Positions 1-7,779 of a DNA stretch of 15,300 nt are shown in pieces. The notes under the pieces were generated by a model, which worked only from the letters and a program-made list of their open reading frames with translations, was not told the origin of the DNA and did not search any database. Source of the DNA: Elainellaceae cyanobacterium (GTDB lineage: Bacteria > Cyanobacteriota > Cyanobacteriia > CAZCXK01). How positions within the stretch are numbered: the stretch's first letter is position 1; every line of letters begins with the position of its first letter. The stretch spans positions 1 to 15,300 of the forward strand of contig JBNPEG010000226.1 in the NCBI GenBank assembly GCA_051117555.1. The letters are read 5' to 3'. Position numbers and translations under genes: made by a program.

Positions 1-126
1 CCAAGCTCGCCGGGGCTTCCTGGGAAGCGGAACGGGTTCCACAAGTTTTGGCTCACCGTTGCGCTTATCTGAATGACGACCTCTCTCCTGACCAGTATTT
101 TTTTACGTAGAAAGTGACGTGCTCCC
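1..126 (+). mobile_element. Right end of a probable ISKra4-family insertion sequence (continues left of the window)
   Basis: Transposase-like C-terminus ending at TAG 108-110, followed at once by AAAGTGACGTGCTCCC (111-126), which resembles the ...AAAGTGAGATGCTCCC ends I recall for cyanobacterial ISKra4 elements. Abrupt junction with a truncated repeat unit at 127. Confidence 0.7.
3..110 (+). CDS. C-terminal fragment of an ISKra4-family transposase (5'-partial; not in the ORF track)
   Basis: Frame 3 reads KLAGASWEAERVPQVLAHRCAYLNDDLSPDQYFFT*, matching the recalled K(I/L)SGAQW...VPQVLAHRCAYLN tail of cyanobacterial ISKra4 transposases. Confidence 0.75.
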   Translation, partial: KLAGASWEAERVPQVLAHRCAYLNDDLSPDQYFFT

Positions 127-493
127 CGGTGAAATGCTTCACCCTCACATGTAACCGCACAAGACCGACGGGTTTCGAGCGCGATCGCACATCGCAGGTG
201 AAGCATTTCATCAGAATCCGTGAGACAGGTCCCCAACGTGTCGGTGAAATGCTTCACCCTCACATGTAACCGTACAAGACCGACGGGTTTCGAGCGCGAT
301 CGCACATCGCAGGTGAAGCATTTCATCAGAATCCGTGAGACAGGTCCCCAACGTGTCGGTGAAATGCTTCACCCTCACATGTAACCGTACAAGACCGACG
401 GGTTTCGAGCGCGATCGCACATCGCAGGTGAAGCATTTCATCAGAATCTGTGAGCCATGTCACCAACGTATCGGCGAAATGCCTCACCTCTAC
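127..493. repeat. Tandem array of 115-bp units (3 full + 1 partial) built from REP-doublet-like inverted repeats
   Basis: Units start at 127, 242, 357 and 472. Each full unit contains TGAAATGCTTCACC, its exact reverse complement GGTGAAGCATTTCA, and one HIP1 site (181, 296, 411). Units 1 and 2 differ by one base. The array ends in ...CACCTCTAC (GTAG on the - strand). Confidence 0.95.
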
Positions 494-516
494 TAAAAAC
501 TGTGATGGAACTTTTC

Positions 517-534
517 GTTACAGTTGTTTACACT
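517..534 (+). promoter_or_regulatory. Possible HLR1-like (RpaB) direct-repeat site upstream of the methyltransferase
   Basis: GTTACAGT-TG-TTTACACT versus the consensus (G/T)TTACA(T/A)(T/A)-N2-(G/T)TTACA(T/A)(T/A); one mismatch per half-site. Confidence 0.45.
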
Positions 535-626
535 AAATACAGGTTTACCATCAGCTCAAAACGATTCTAAGTTCCCAAATCTAAGTTCTGAAAGCGCATC
601 TAGTCATTGATCAGCTCAATAATTCT

Positions 627-1688
627 ATGTCTGCGACCTTCACCAAACTGGCTTATCAAACATTTCAACAGAGCAAAAGCTACTTCGGACTTGCTCATAA
701 AACCCTCAGCTCACAGCTTCTAAACTTTATTGCTCCGCCTCCAGAAGGCAGCAAAACCAAACCCCTCTCGCCAAATGTCCTCGGTCTGCTTCAGGAGCGG
801 CTGAGTCAACTTATTGATACCGATTGGCGCGACGCAGAGCAAGGCGTTTATCCACCCGAATTATTGTTTGACAATCCGTGGGAAGATTTTTTCCGCTACT
901 ATCCCATGCTCTGGGTTGACATGCCGCAAATTTGGGAGCGAGCCAACCAAAAGCGACATCAAGAATTCTCGTCTGGAATTAAAACTGAGGGCTATCCTCG
1001 ATATTATCTCCAGAATTTTCACCATCAAACCGATGGCTATTTGAGCGATATGTCGGCAAATCTCTATGATTTGCAGGTAGAGATTTTGTTCAATGGCTCA
1101 GCAGACGCAATGCGCCGCCGAGTTTTGTCTCCGTTGAAGATAGCACTGAACGACGCAGGCATGCTCGATGCACCTCAAACTCGTGTTTTGGATGTCGCGT
1201 GCGGTACGGGGCGAACGCTGAAGTTTTTACGAGATGCGATACCGAACGCCTCGCTTCATGGCGTTGATTTATCGCCTGCCTATCTTCGTAAGGCCAACGA
1301 ACTGCTGTCTCAACAGACGGGTACGTTGCCTCAGCTTCTGCAAGCCAATGCTGAAGAGCTTCCCTATCGGGATGGCTATTTTCACGCCGTAACCTGTGTA
1401 TTCCTGTTTCATGAACTGCCTGCGCCCGTTCGTCAGCGGATCATTGATCAATGTTTTCGGGTCCTTCAGCCTGGCGGAGTGTTTGTGATTTGCGATTCCA
1501 TTCAACGGGCTGAATCCCCTGAGTTTGAACCGCTCATGGAAAACTTTCCAGCAATGTTTCATGAGCCGTTTTATCGCAACTACACCGAAGACAATTTGAG
1601 CGATCGCCTCCGGCATGCGGGCTTTGAAAGCATCGATACTCAGATTCACTTTATGAGTAAGTACTGGGTTGCGCGTAGGCCAATGTAA
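627..1688 (+). CDS. Class I SAM-dependent methyltransferase (conserved cyanobacterial family)
   Basis: 353 aa; motif I VLDVACGTG, GVDLSPAYL, NAEELPY, LFHELP, RVLQPGG, plus the N-terminal YYLQNFHHQTDGYLS block. Substrate unknown. Confidence 0.9.
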   Translation: MSATFTKLAYQTFQQSKSYFGLAHKTLSSQLLNFIAPPPEGSKTKPLSPNVLGLLQERLSQLIDTDWRDAEQGVYPPELLFDNPWEDFFRYYPMLWVDMPQIWERANQKRHQEFSSGIKTEGYPRYYLQNFHHQTDGYLSDMSANLYDLQVEILFNGSADAMRRRVLSPLKIALNDAGMLDAPQTRVLDVACGTGRTLKFLRDAIPNASLHGVDLSPAYLRKANELLSQQTGTLPQLLQANAEELPYRDGYFHAVTCVFLFHELPAPVRQRIIDQCFRVLQPGGVFVICDSIQRAESPEFEPLMENFPAMFHEPFYRNYTEDNLSDRLRHAGFESIDTQIHFMSKYWVARRPM

Positions 1689-1804
1689 TTCTCTCTTGCG
1701 ATACATCAGCGGGAACTGACAACCCGAGCAAACCAGCGTTAAAGTTGGGGTAGAGTGTTGGTGCTCATGTTTGATGCACTGCTTCACAGGAGGTAGCCTT
1801 AACG

Positions 1805-2281
1805 ATGACGACCTTTGACTCTACAGAAACCATGCCTAATTCTGATGCCCTTAACGATAGCGATTCATCTATGGACTTGGTCGAGATGATTGAGACGGTC
1901 ATATCCAGCGTGGAAAATGACCAAAGTGCGATGGTCAGCCACACAGATGGGGGGCATCTTTGGAAATTTGGATACGGCACGGTTGAGGTTTTTGTGCAGT
2001 TGACGGGTCTGACTGAAGACGACTCGTTCACCGTTTGGTCAAATCTGCTGATGCTTCCTGCAAAAGATGAGCCCCAGCTCATGCACAAGCTGTTAGAGAT
2101 GAATTGGGCGGAGACGTTTGAGGCACGATTCGGAATCTTTGGCAACCAAATTGTGATTTTATCAACGCGGGCTGTCGCTGAAATTTCGCCCGGTGAAGTG
2201 TCTCGACTTATCACCATTGTTGCCACAATCGCCGACGAGCAAGACGAAGTTTTGCAGTCTAAGTTTGGTGCACCTTCCTGA
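1805..2281 (+). CDS. YbjN-domain / CesT-type chaperone-fold protein
   Basis: 158 aa, acidic; WKFGYGTVEVFVQLTG, LLEMNW..TFEARF and ITIVATIAD are typical of the cyanobacterial family. AGGAGG lies shortly upstream of the ATG. Confidence 0.8.
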   Translation: MTTFDSTETMPNSDALNDSDSSMDLVEMIETVISSVENDQSAMVSHTDGGHLWKFGYGTVEVFVQLTGLTEDDSFTVWSNLLMLPAKDEPQLMHKLLEMNWAETFEARFGIFGNQIVILSTRAVAEISPGEVSRLITIVATIADEQDEVLQSKFGAPS

Positions 2282-2303
2282 TCCTTTAAGCCTATCGTCC
2301 TGC

Positions 2304-3083
2304 GTGTTCAATTCGGTATCCAAATCCTGGCGGATGATTCCTCCGCTGCATGCTCCAGGTTCCATCCAAATGGCACTCGACGAGTGGCTCCTTGATCAGC
2401 ATCGTTCGGGGCTCCATCCTCCCACACTACGGTTTTATCAATGGTCGCCACCAGCAATTTCCTTGGGCTATCACCAACGCCACTGGTGTGACGCTTGGGC
2501 AGCGTTGACCTGGAATGGGTGTGCAATAGATTTGGTGCGTCGTCCAACGGGAGGACGAGCAGTTTTGCACCAAGGGGATATCACCTATGCTCTGATCGCT
2601 TCGGATATTCACGGCAGTCGAGTCGAGGTTTATCAAACGCTTTGTCAGTTTTTGATTAGCGGGATGCGATCGCTCGGTGTTGAACTTCACTATGGGGATG
2701 CGGGGAAAGGCTATATTCACAACCCAAACTGCTTCGGCACTTCAACCTCTGCCGATTTGGTGTTAGCAGATAGAACCAAGCTGATTGGCAGCGCTCAGCT
2801 TCGACGCGGTTCTGCAATTCTCCAGCATGGTTCGATTCGATTAAATCCCGATCCTCAGCTTTATGAGCACGTCTTTGGCACTCCATTAGATCTCCCCTCA
2901 TTGCCTCACTCCCTCTGTGATTTAAGCGCTGAAAGACGCTATGAGCGCATTATTCAGGCTCTTACTGAAGCGGCGCAAGAGTGTTATGGCATTTGTTTCG
3001 TGAATCAGCCTCTTAGTGAAGATGAATGGCAGACAATTAAGGGGCGATCGCCTCGTTGGAATGTCGTGACTGCTCACCCATGA
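2304..3083 (+). CDS. Lipoate-protein ligase A / octanoyltransferase family protein
   Basis: QMALDEWLL, PTLRFYQWSPPAISLGYHQ, RRPTGGRAVLH, KLIGSAQ, ILQHGSI. Start moved from the ORF-track 2193 (overlaps the previous gene) to the in-frame GTG at 2304; exact start uncertain. Confidence 0.88.
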   Translation: MFNSVSKSWRMIPPLHAPGSIQMALDEWLLDQHRSGLHPPTLRFYQWSPPAISLGYHQRHWCDAWAALTWNGCAIDLVRRPTGGRAVLHQGDITYALIASDIHGSRVEVYQTLCQFLISGMRSLGVELHYGDAGKGYIHNPNCFGTSTSADLVLADRTKLIGSAQLRRGSAILQHGSIRLNPDPQLYEHVFGTPLDLPSLPHSLCDLSAERRYERIIQALTEAAQECYGICFVNQPLSEDEWQTIKGRSPRWNVVTAHP

Positions 3084-3092
3084 AAATCCGGT

Positions 3093-3191
3093 TCAGCCGC
3101 CATATTCGCTGCTTGTCACCTTGCCGCGAAACACCACATAGTGGTAAATGTTATACGCCAGCATGATGGGAATCAAAAAGCCGACGAAGAC
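3093..3191 (-). pseudogene. cydB: 3' remnant of cytochrome bd oxidase subunit II
   Basis: The - strand reads VFVGFLIPIMLAYNIYHYVVFRGKVTSSEYGG* (stop 3093-3095), matching the recalled cyanobacterial CydB tail (...FIGFLIPIML.YNIY.Y.VFRGKV). An in-frame stop at 3228-3230 closes the frame upstream, so most of the gene is absent. Confidence 0.75.
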
Positions 3192-3365
3192 AACGCCACC
3201 GTATCCGATAAGAAGTCCATAGTGTCGTTACTCCGTCAATTGCCCAGATTAGTTCAGGCAGTTATATGCTAGCGAGCACACTATGGAGTGGGGGATATTT
3301 CGGCGAACTTTTAAGACATGTGAATTCAGCAGACGAACGACGGGGGATCAACTGGGCGATCGCCC

Positions 3366-3893
3366 TCAATCTGCCTGCTGCACGGGTTCTTCAGTCTCCT
3401 GACGCTCGGGCTCCGTCGAAGAATGAATCGTCAAACGATATCGTCCTCGGCTGCTGCGGTTAATGCCATTCGCAATTACAGAATAGGTGCCGGTGTGGGG
3501 AAGCGTCAGGGACAGTTCAGAATTGAGATCGTCGTGTGAGACATCATCATTTTGAGCCAAAATATCGCCGAGTGGACTAATGAGAATCAAGTAGGGATCA
3601 AATTCAGTACTTTCTAGCACGATGAAGACTTGCTGACCCGTGACCCCTTCAAATGGATATTCGTCGTATAGACTGCCATCTTGATAAATCACAGAGTCAC
3701 CCGATTCTAAGACTCCATCCGTGTTTAGAATCAGCTCTGTCTCGGTTTCATCACTGCTAGTTGGAGATGGCTGAACCGGATGCTCTTCAGGATTGGCACT
3801 TGCATGGCTGCTCATGATCACCATCCCAATAAAAGATGATGCGATCATCGCGACTCTAACACCAATTCGTTTGCCCGCTCGTTGATTCAGCAT
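3366..3893 (-). CDS. Secreted PPC (pre-peptidase C-terminal) domain protein
   Basis: Basic N-terminus, hydrophobic stretch and ASA cleavage motif, then DGSLYDEYPFEG..GQ.V.I.LES.EFDPYL.L...G..LAQNDD...NS.L...LP.TG.Y.V.AN....GRY.L. Confidence 0.85.
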   Translation of the reverse strand: MLNQRAGKRIGVRVAMIASSFIGMVIMSSHASANPEEHPVQPSPTSSDETETELILNTDGVLESGDSVIYQDGSLYDEYPFEGVTGQQVFIVLESTEFDPYLILISPLGDILAQNDDVSHDDLNSELSLTLPHTGTYSVIANGINRSSRGRYRLTIHSSTEPERQETEEPVQQAD

Positions 3894-4010
3894 ATTGTTA
3901 AGACCAACACATCTCCTACATTTATCTTTTTCGATACTCGTAAAAAGCGATTCACACTATAGTGACAAATTGAGGATGAACCATTAAACCCTATCATCCT
4001 AATTAAGTGA

Positions 4011-4102
4011 TATAGCGATCCTAAATCGCTTGTGAATTGTGTGTGAGTGGTGGGGCGGGTGCCGCCTGCCCCACCACTCACAACCCATCTGGGATTGATA
4101 TA
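4011..4102 (+). mobile_element. MITE copy 1 (88 bp plus TA at each end), IS630/Tc1-mariner-like ends
   Basis: TA-TAGCGATCCTAAAT...ATCTGGGATTGATA-TA with imperfect terminal inverted repeats and an internal GC-rich hairpin (GTGAGTGGTGGGGC...GCCCCACCACTCAC). 90/92 identical to the reverse complement of 14572-14663. Confidence 0.85.
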
Positions 4103-4536
4103 TGTCATTTATTTACAATCGAATGATCCATTTTCAGGATACGGATGCCGCTGGAGTTGTGTATTTTTCCAATGTATTATCAATTTGTCATGAAGCCTAT
4201 GAGGCTTCATTATCCGTATCAGGAATTAACCTGCGAGAATTTTTTTCTAACTCAAATGTTGCAGTGCCCATTACTCATGTAAGTATTGATTTCTTCAAGC
4301 CTATGTTTTGTGGCGATCGCCATCAAATTCATCTCGTACCCAACCTATTAAATCCCAGCGAATTTATGATTTCGTATGCAATTCTTCCAGATTTAGAGAC
4401 GTCTAAAGCGACAGAAAGTTCTGCTCCTATTGTTGCTAAAGCAGTTAGTAACCATGTGTGTATAAATCCAGCCAATCGTACTCGAATTGATTTACCTGTT
4501 AACCTCATGCAGTGGCTAAACCAATGGAAAAAGTAA
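4102..4536 (+). CDS. 1,4-dihydroxy-2-naphthoyl-CoA hydrolase (DHNA-CoA thioesterase, hotdog fold, Slr0204-like)
   Basis: R.IHFQDTDAAGVVYF.N.L.ICHEAYE.SL...GI and PI.H.SIDF.KP..CGD; lies next to menE and menC. Confidence 0.88.
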   Translation: MSFIYNRMIHFQDTDAAGVVYFSNVLSICHEAYEASLSVSGINLREFFSNSNVAVPITHVSIDFFKPMFCGDRHQIHLVPNLLNPSEFMISYAILPDLETSKATESSAPIVAKAVSNHVCINPANRTRIDLPVNLMQWLNQWKK

Positions 4537-4567
4537 ATTGAGTTGTGAAAGATTGCCGTGTTGCCTT

Positions 4568-4796
4568 GGCGACTAAAGTTCTCTTGACAGAGACGCTTTC
4601 CTTCGGAACGCTACGCGAACGCGTTACATGTCGCTTGCGAAACGCAGGCCACACGGACAAAACCTGCCTCCGCAGGTTCTAAACTCGTAGTTTTGCTAGA
4701 GTCCGCGTAGGCGGACTTTATTTGTGTAGGCGCGGTTTACTCTTCGAGAAGCCGCAAGCGTCTATAACCGCCAGACCCTTTTCAAATATCCTCTTA
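4568..4796. repeat. Composite palindromic intergenic repeat with nested short insertions
   Basis: Hairpins AACCTGC-CTCC-GCAGGTT (4661-4678) and AGTCCGC-GTAG-GCGGACT (4700-4717). Outer stems GCGAC...GTCGC (4569-4634) and GCGGTT...AACCGC (4732-4771) have enlarged loops. Lies between convergent genes. Confidence 0.7.
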
Positions 4797-4819
4797 AAGA
4801 CTGGTTGATCCAATCTCAT

Positions 4820-6217
4820 TCAATCCGATACATCAGACAGCGATGTTTCAGCAAGTTGCTGCATAGCACGTCGATTCAACTTCCCCTGCGCATTGCGCGG
4901 CAACGAGTCGACTCTAATCCAGTGTTTTGGATGCTTAAACTTAGTGAGTTGCCCCGTTAATGCTTGTGAAAGATTTTCAGGATTCGAGGCGTGACCTGAT
5001 GGTACATAGACAGCCGTAACTGCCTCTCCCCAATGGCGATCGCCCACTCCAATCACCGTCACATCCCGTACAAGCCCTGTTTTACGAATCGCCGCCGCTA
5101 CTTCGGCTGCAAACACATTTTCGCCGCCTGTAATGATTTTGTCGCTGCTGCGTCCGACGAGACGCAAATACCCTTGATCATCTATGAACCCTAAATCATC
5201 GGGTTGAAAGAGTCCATTAAAGGGGCGATCGCCAAAATATCCGAGTGCCAAGGATTTTGCATAAATTGAAAGTCGACCCATTGTAGATCCTTGATTTTGA
5301 TAGTCAGGATCGATGGTCACGGTGGCATGAGGCAGAATTCTCCCAGCGCTCACACAACCTGCCAGAAACTCCTCTGGTTTGAGAGTTGCAATTTGAGAGG
5401 CGGTTTCTGTCATGCCATAGGTTAGAGCGAGGCGAATCTGATAATGACGCGCGGTTTCTAGCAAGTCTGCCCACGCCGGCGCACCTCCCAAAAGCACGGT
5501 TTGAAATCGCGCCAACTGGCTTGCAGCCTGAGGATTTTCTAGCACACGCTGTAGTTGCGTTGGCACAAGAGAAAGAAAGAATTCTGCGGGATTAAACGGC
5601 AGTGTATTGTCCGTCTCTAAATCTCTAAACTGCGATACAGCAAGCGTTCCACCGGAAACAAAACACCGCATAAACTGCATTAAACCGCTGACATGGTAAA
5701 GCGGCAAAACACAGCAAGCATTTACGCATTCACTATTGAAATAGTCTTGAAATCCTCGCACCGATGCCACCAGCGTTTGCCAGGTGTGAATAGCAAAGCG
5801 GATTTGCCCAGACGAACCCCCCGTCGGGATCATAATCTGCCCCCTGCCAATTCGTCCTTGCTCTGTTCTGTCATATCTGGTGTAGGAAGAAATGCGCTGT
5901 AGCTCGGGAGATGCCCAAATCACATCCGGCTGCACTCGCTCTACCACCTGCTGCCATTCCACCTTTGTCCAACGAGGATTTCCAAGAAACACCGGACACT
6001 TAGCCACGCAAGCCGCTATAAAACTAGCCAAGAACTGAACAGGATCAAGCTCAGCCAGAAGAATGGTCGGCATATGCGATTCTCGGACACGCTGATTGAG
6101 TTCGTGCAATCGCTGTTTAAACAGGCGGAATGCAAGTGAGCGATCGCCCCCGATCAGCCATTCTTCAGCCAGACGATGCTCGACATATCCACGATCAAGT
6201 GAGTCTAGTGAGGCCAT
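4820..6217 (-). CDS. menE: 2-succinylbenzoate-CoA ligase
   Basis: ANL-superfamily motifs PTGGSSG, TYGMTETASQ, DDLG, GRSSDKIITGGENV, PRNAQGK; start overlaps the menC stop. Confidence 0.92.
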   Translation of the reverse strand: MASLDSLDRGYVEHRLAEEWLIGGDRSLAFRLFKQRLHELNQRVRESHMPTILLAELDPVQFLASFIAACVAKCPVFLGNPRWTKVEWQQVVERVQPDVIWASPELQRISSYTRYDRTEQGRIGRGQIMIPTGGSSGQIRFAIHTWQTLVASVRGFQDYFNSECVNACCVLPLYHVSGLMQFMRCFVSGGTLAVSQFRDLETDNTLPFNPAEFFLSLVPTQLQRVLENPQAASQLARFQTVLLGGAPAWADLLETARHYQIRLALTYGMTETASQIATLKPEEFLAGCVSAGRILPHATVTIDPDYQNQGSTMGRLSIYAKSLALGYFGDRPFNGLFQPDDLGFIDDQGYLRLVGRSSDKIITGGENVFAAEVAAAIRKTGLVRDVTVIGVGDRHWGEAVTAVYVPSGHASNPENLSQALTGQLTKFKHPKHWIRVDSLPRNAQGKLNRRAMQQLAETSLSDVSD

Positions 6218-7197
6218 AGGTGATCACCATCAGACTGATCGAATGTGGAATCTGCAAACCATTGCGTGACGCCAAACCCCAACGCGCGATCGCGGCTAGA
6301 AAGAGATGGAACCAAATGTTTCAGAATGAACCGACGAGCAACGGTTGTTTCAAAGACGGATGACCAAACCACATCGACAGCATGAGTTTGACAGAATTCT
6401 CGCAGTTTTGACGGAAACCCGGCGATCGCCGCCTTGATTACGACGATTCCTCGCCATCCCTGCTCGTAACACGCTTGAAGCTGAGCTAGTGTTGCCACAG
6501 ATTCGTCTAAAGCAATTGGGGTTTGATATTGACAATTTAGGGTCAACAGCTTCTCGAACTGGGCTGGAGGCAATGGCTGTTCGACAAATTCAATGGCAGC
6601 AGGATAGACAGATGAGAGGCGATCGCACGCATCCATCCATCGCTGAGCAGCGTCCCGCGTGAGCCCACCATTGGCGTCGAGGCGAAGTTGAACGTTGGCA
6701 GGGAGCGATCGCATCAACGTTTCTAGCCATCGAATTTCTTCATCAACAGACGCAACACCAATTTTCCACTTCAGCGTGTGATATCCCTGTCGAACTGGCA
6801 TTTGCCACGCATCCAACGCCGATCGCCCGGTTGGTAACAGACAGCACATCGCCGACTGGTTATGCTCTAGTTCTATGTCCTGTGAAATTCTCTCAGGATT
6901 CTTGAATGATTCCAATGCCGACTCAAACCCAAACTGACAGGCGGGCAGGGTCAGCGGAATGCCGTAAATATCCGTCTCTGTAATCATCTGAGGCAATCGT
7001 TGGCACCACTCCAGGTCTTGACTCAACGACTCACTGCCAAACTCAGGCAATGGCGCAATCTCTCCAAAGCTTGACCGTCCATCGTGATCAATCAGTCGTA
7101 CGATCATTCCTTCCCTCACCGCCCATACGCCATGATGAGTGTGGAGAGGGCTTCGAAACGGACGACGATACACTTGATACTCAATTCGATAGTCCAT
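6205..7197 (-). CDS. menC: o-succinylbenzoate synthase
   Basis: Enolase-superfamily motifs GEIAPLP.FGSE, TLKWKIG, LRLDANG, EFVEQP, IALDES, SSVFET. Start set at MDYRIEY (7197) because the longer ORF-track start overlaps the divergent HD gene. Confidence 0.92.
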   Translation of the reverse strand: MDYRIEYQVYRRPFRSPLHTHHGVWAVREGMIVRLIDHDGRSSFGEIAPLPEFGSESLSQDLEWCQRLPQMITETDIYGIPLTLPACQFGFESALESFKNPERISQDIELEHNQSAMCCLLPTGRSALDAWQMPVRQGYHTLKWKIGVASVDEEIRWLETLMRSLPANVQLRLDANGGLTRDAAQRWMDACDRLSSVYPAAIEFVEQPLPPAQFEKLLTLNCQYQTPIALDESVATLAQLQACYEQGWRGIVVIKAAIAGFPSKLREFCQTHAVDVVWSSVFETTVARRFILKHLVPSLSSRDRALGFGVTQWFADSTFDQSDGDHLWPH

Positions 7198-7227
7198 CAG
7201 AGTTAATGCTAGCGTGACCCTTAATTT

Positions 7228-7779
7228 ATGGAACCGACTGGACTGATTCTTAAGGCGGCTAACTTCGCTGCTCAAAAGCATCGCAATCAGCGTCGAAAAG
7301 GAATAGACGCTGCACCCTATATCAATCATCCCATTGAGCTTGCCAATTTACTTTGGCATCAAGCGAACGTGCACGATGAAATCACCATTGCAGCGGCACT
7401 GCTCCACGACACCGTGGAAGATACGGACACAACGTTTGCAGACCTTGACCTTGAGTTTGGCACTGATGTGCGAAACGTAGTGGCCGAGGTGACCGACGAC
7501 AAATCGCTTCCCAAAGAGACTCGAAAACGACTCCAGGTCGAACATGCGCCCCATTTAAGCGATCGCGCTCGGCTTGTAAAACTCGCAGATAAAATTTCCA
7601 ATCTTCGTGAGGTCTTGACCTCCCCTCCTGAGGATTGGTCACAAGAGCGCAAGATTGCCTACTTTAACTGGGGAAAAGACGTCATCGACCAGATCCGCGG
7701 CACCCATGCTGATTTGGAACGCATGTTTGATGAGATTTATCAGCAAGGCGTTAATCAATTTAAGGAAGGAGACACATGA
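7228..7779 (+). CDS. Mesh1/HDDC3-like HD-domain hydrolase (small alarmone hydrolase family)
   Basis: AA.FAA.KH..QRRK, PYINHP, AALLHDTVEDT, V.EVTDDKSLPK..RK.LQ.EHA, LVKLADK..NLR, PP.DWS.ER...YF.W; 183 aa with no synthetase domain. Confidence 0.9.
   Translation: MEPTGLILKAANFAAQKHRNQRRKGIDAAPYINHPIELANLLWHQANVHDEITIAAALLHDTVEDTDTTFADLDLEFGTDVRNVVAEVTDDKSLPKETRKRLQVEHAPHLSDRARLVKLADKISNLREVLTSPPEDWSQERKIAYFNWGKDVIDQIRGTHADLERMFDEIYQQGVNQFKEGDT

Noticed and set aside
211..441. 76-aa ORF on the - strand
   Set aside because: Lies entirely within the tandem repeat and is a by-product of it.
127..493. CRISPR array
   Set aside because: The sequences between the repeated arms are themselves identical copies rather than unique spacers, the period is 115 bp, and no cas genes are present.
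2193..2303. N-terminal extension of the lipoate-ligase ORF
   Set aside because: Overlaps the YbjN gene by 89 nt and is low-complexity; family similarity begins near WRMIP.
3225..3305. Possible IS200/IS605 TnpA remnant (LLRQ...LWSGGYF)
   Set aside because: Needs frameshifts and rests on one 7-residue motif; cannot be supported without BLASTX.
3887..4108. 73-aa ORF on the - strand
   Set aside because: Its first 30 or so codons are the MITE read backwards; no protein-family features.
7198..7329. N-terminal extension of MenC in the ORF track
   Set aside because: Overlaps the divergent Mesh1-like gene; MenC similarity starts at MDYRIEY.
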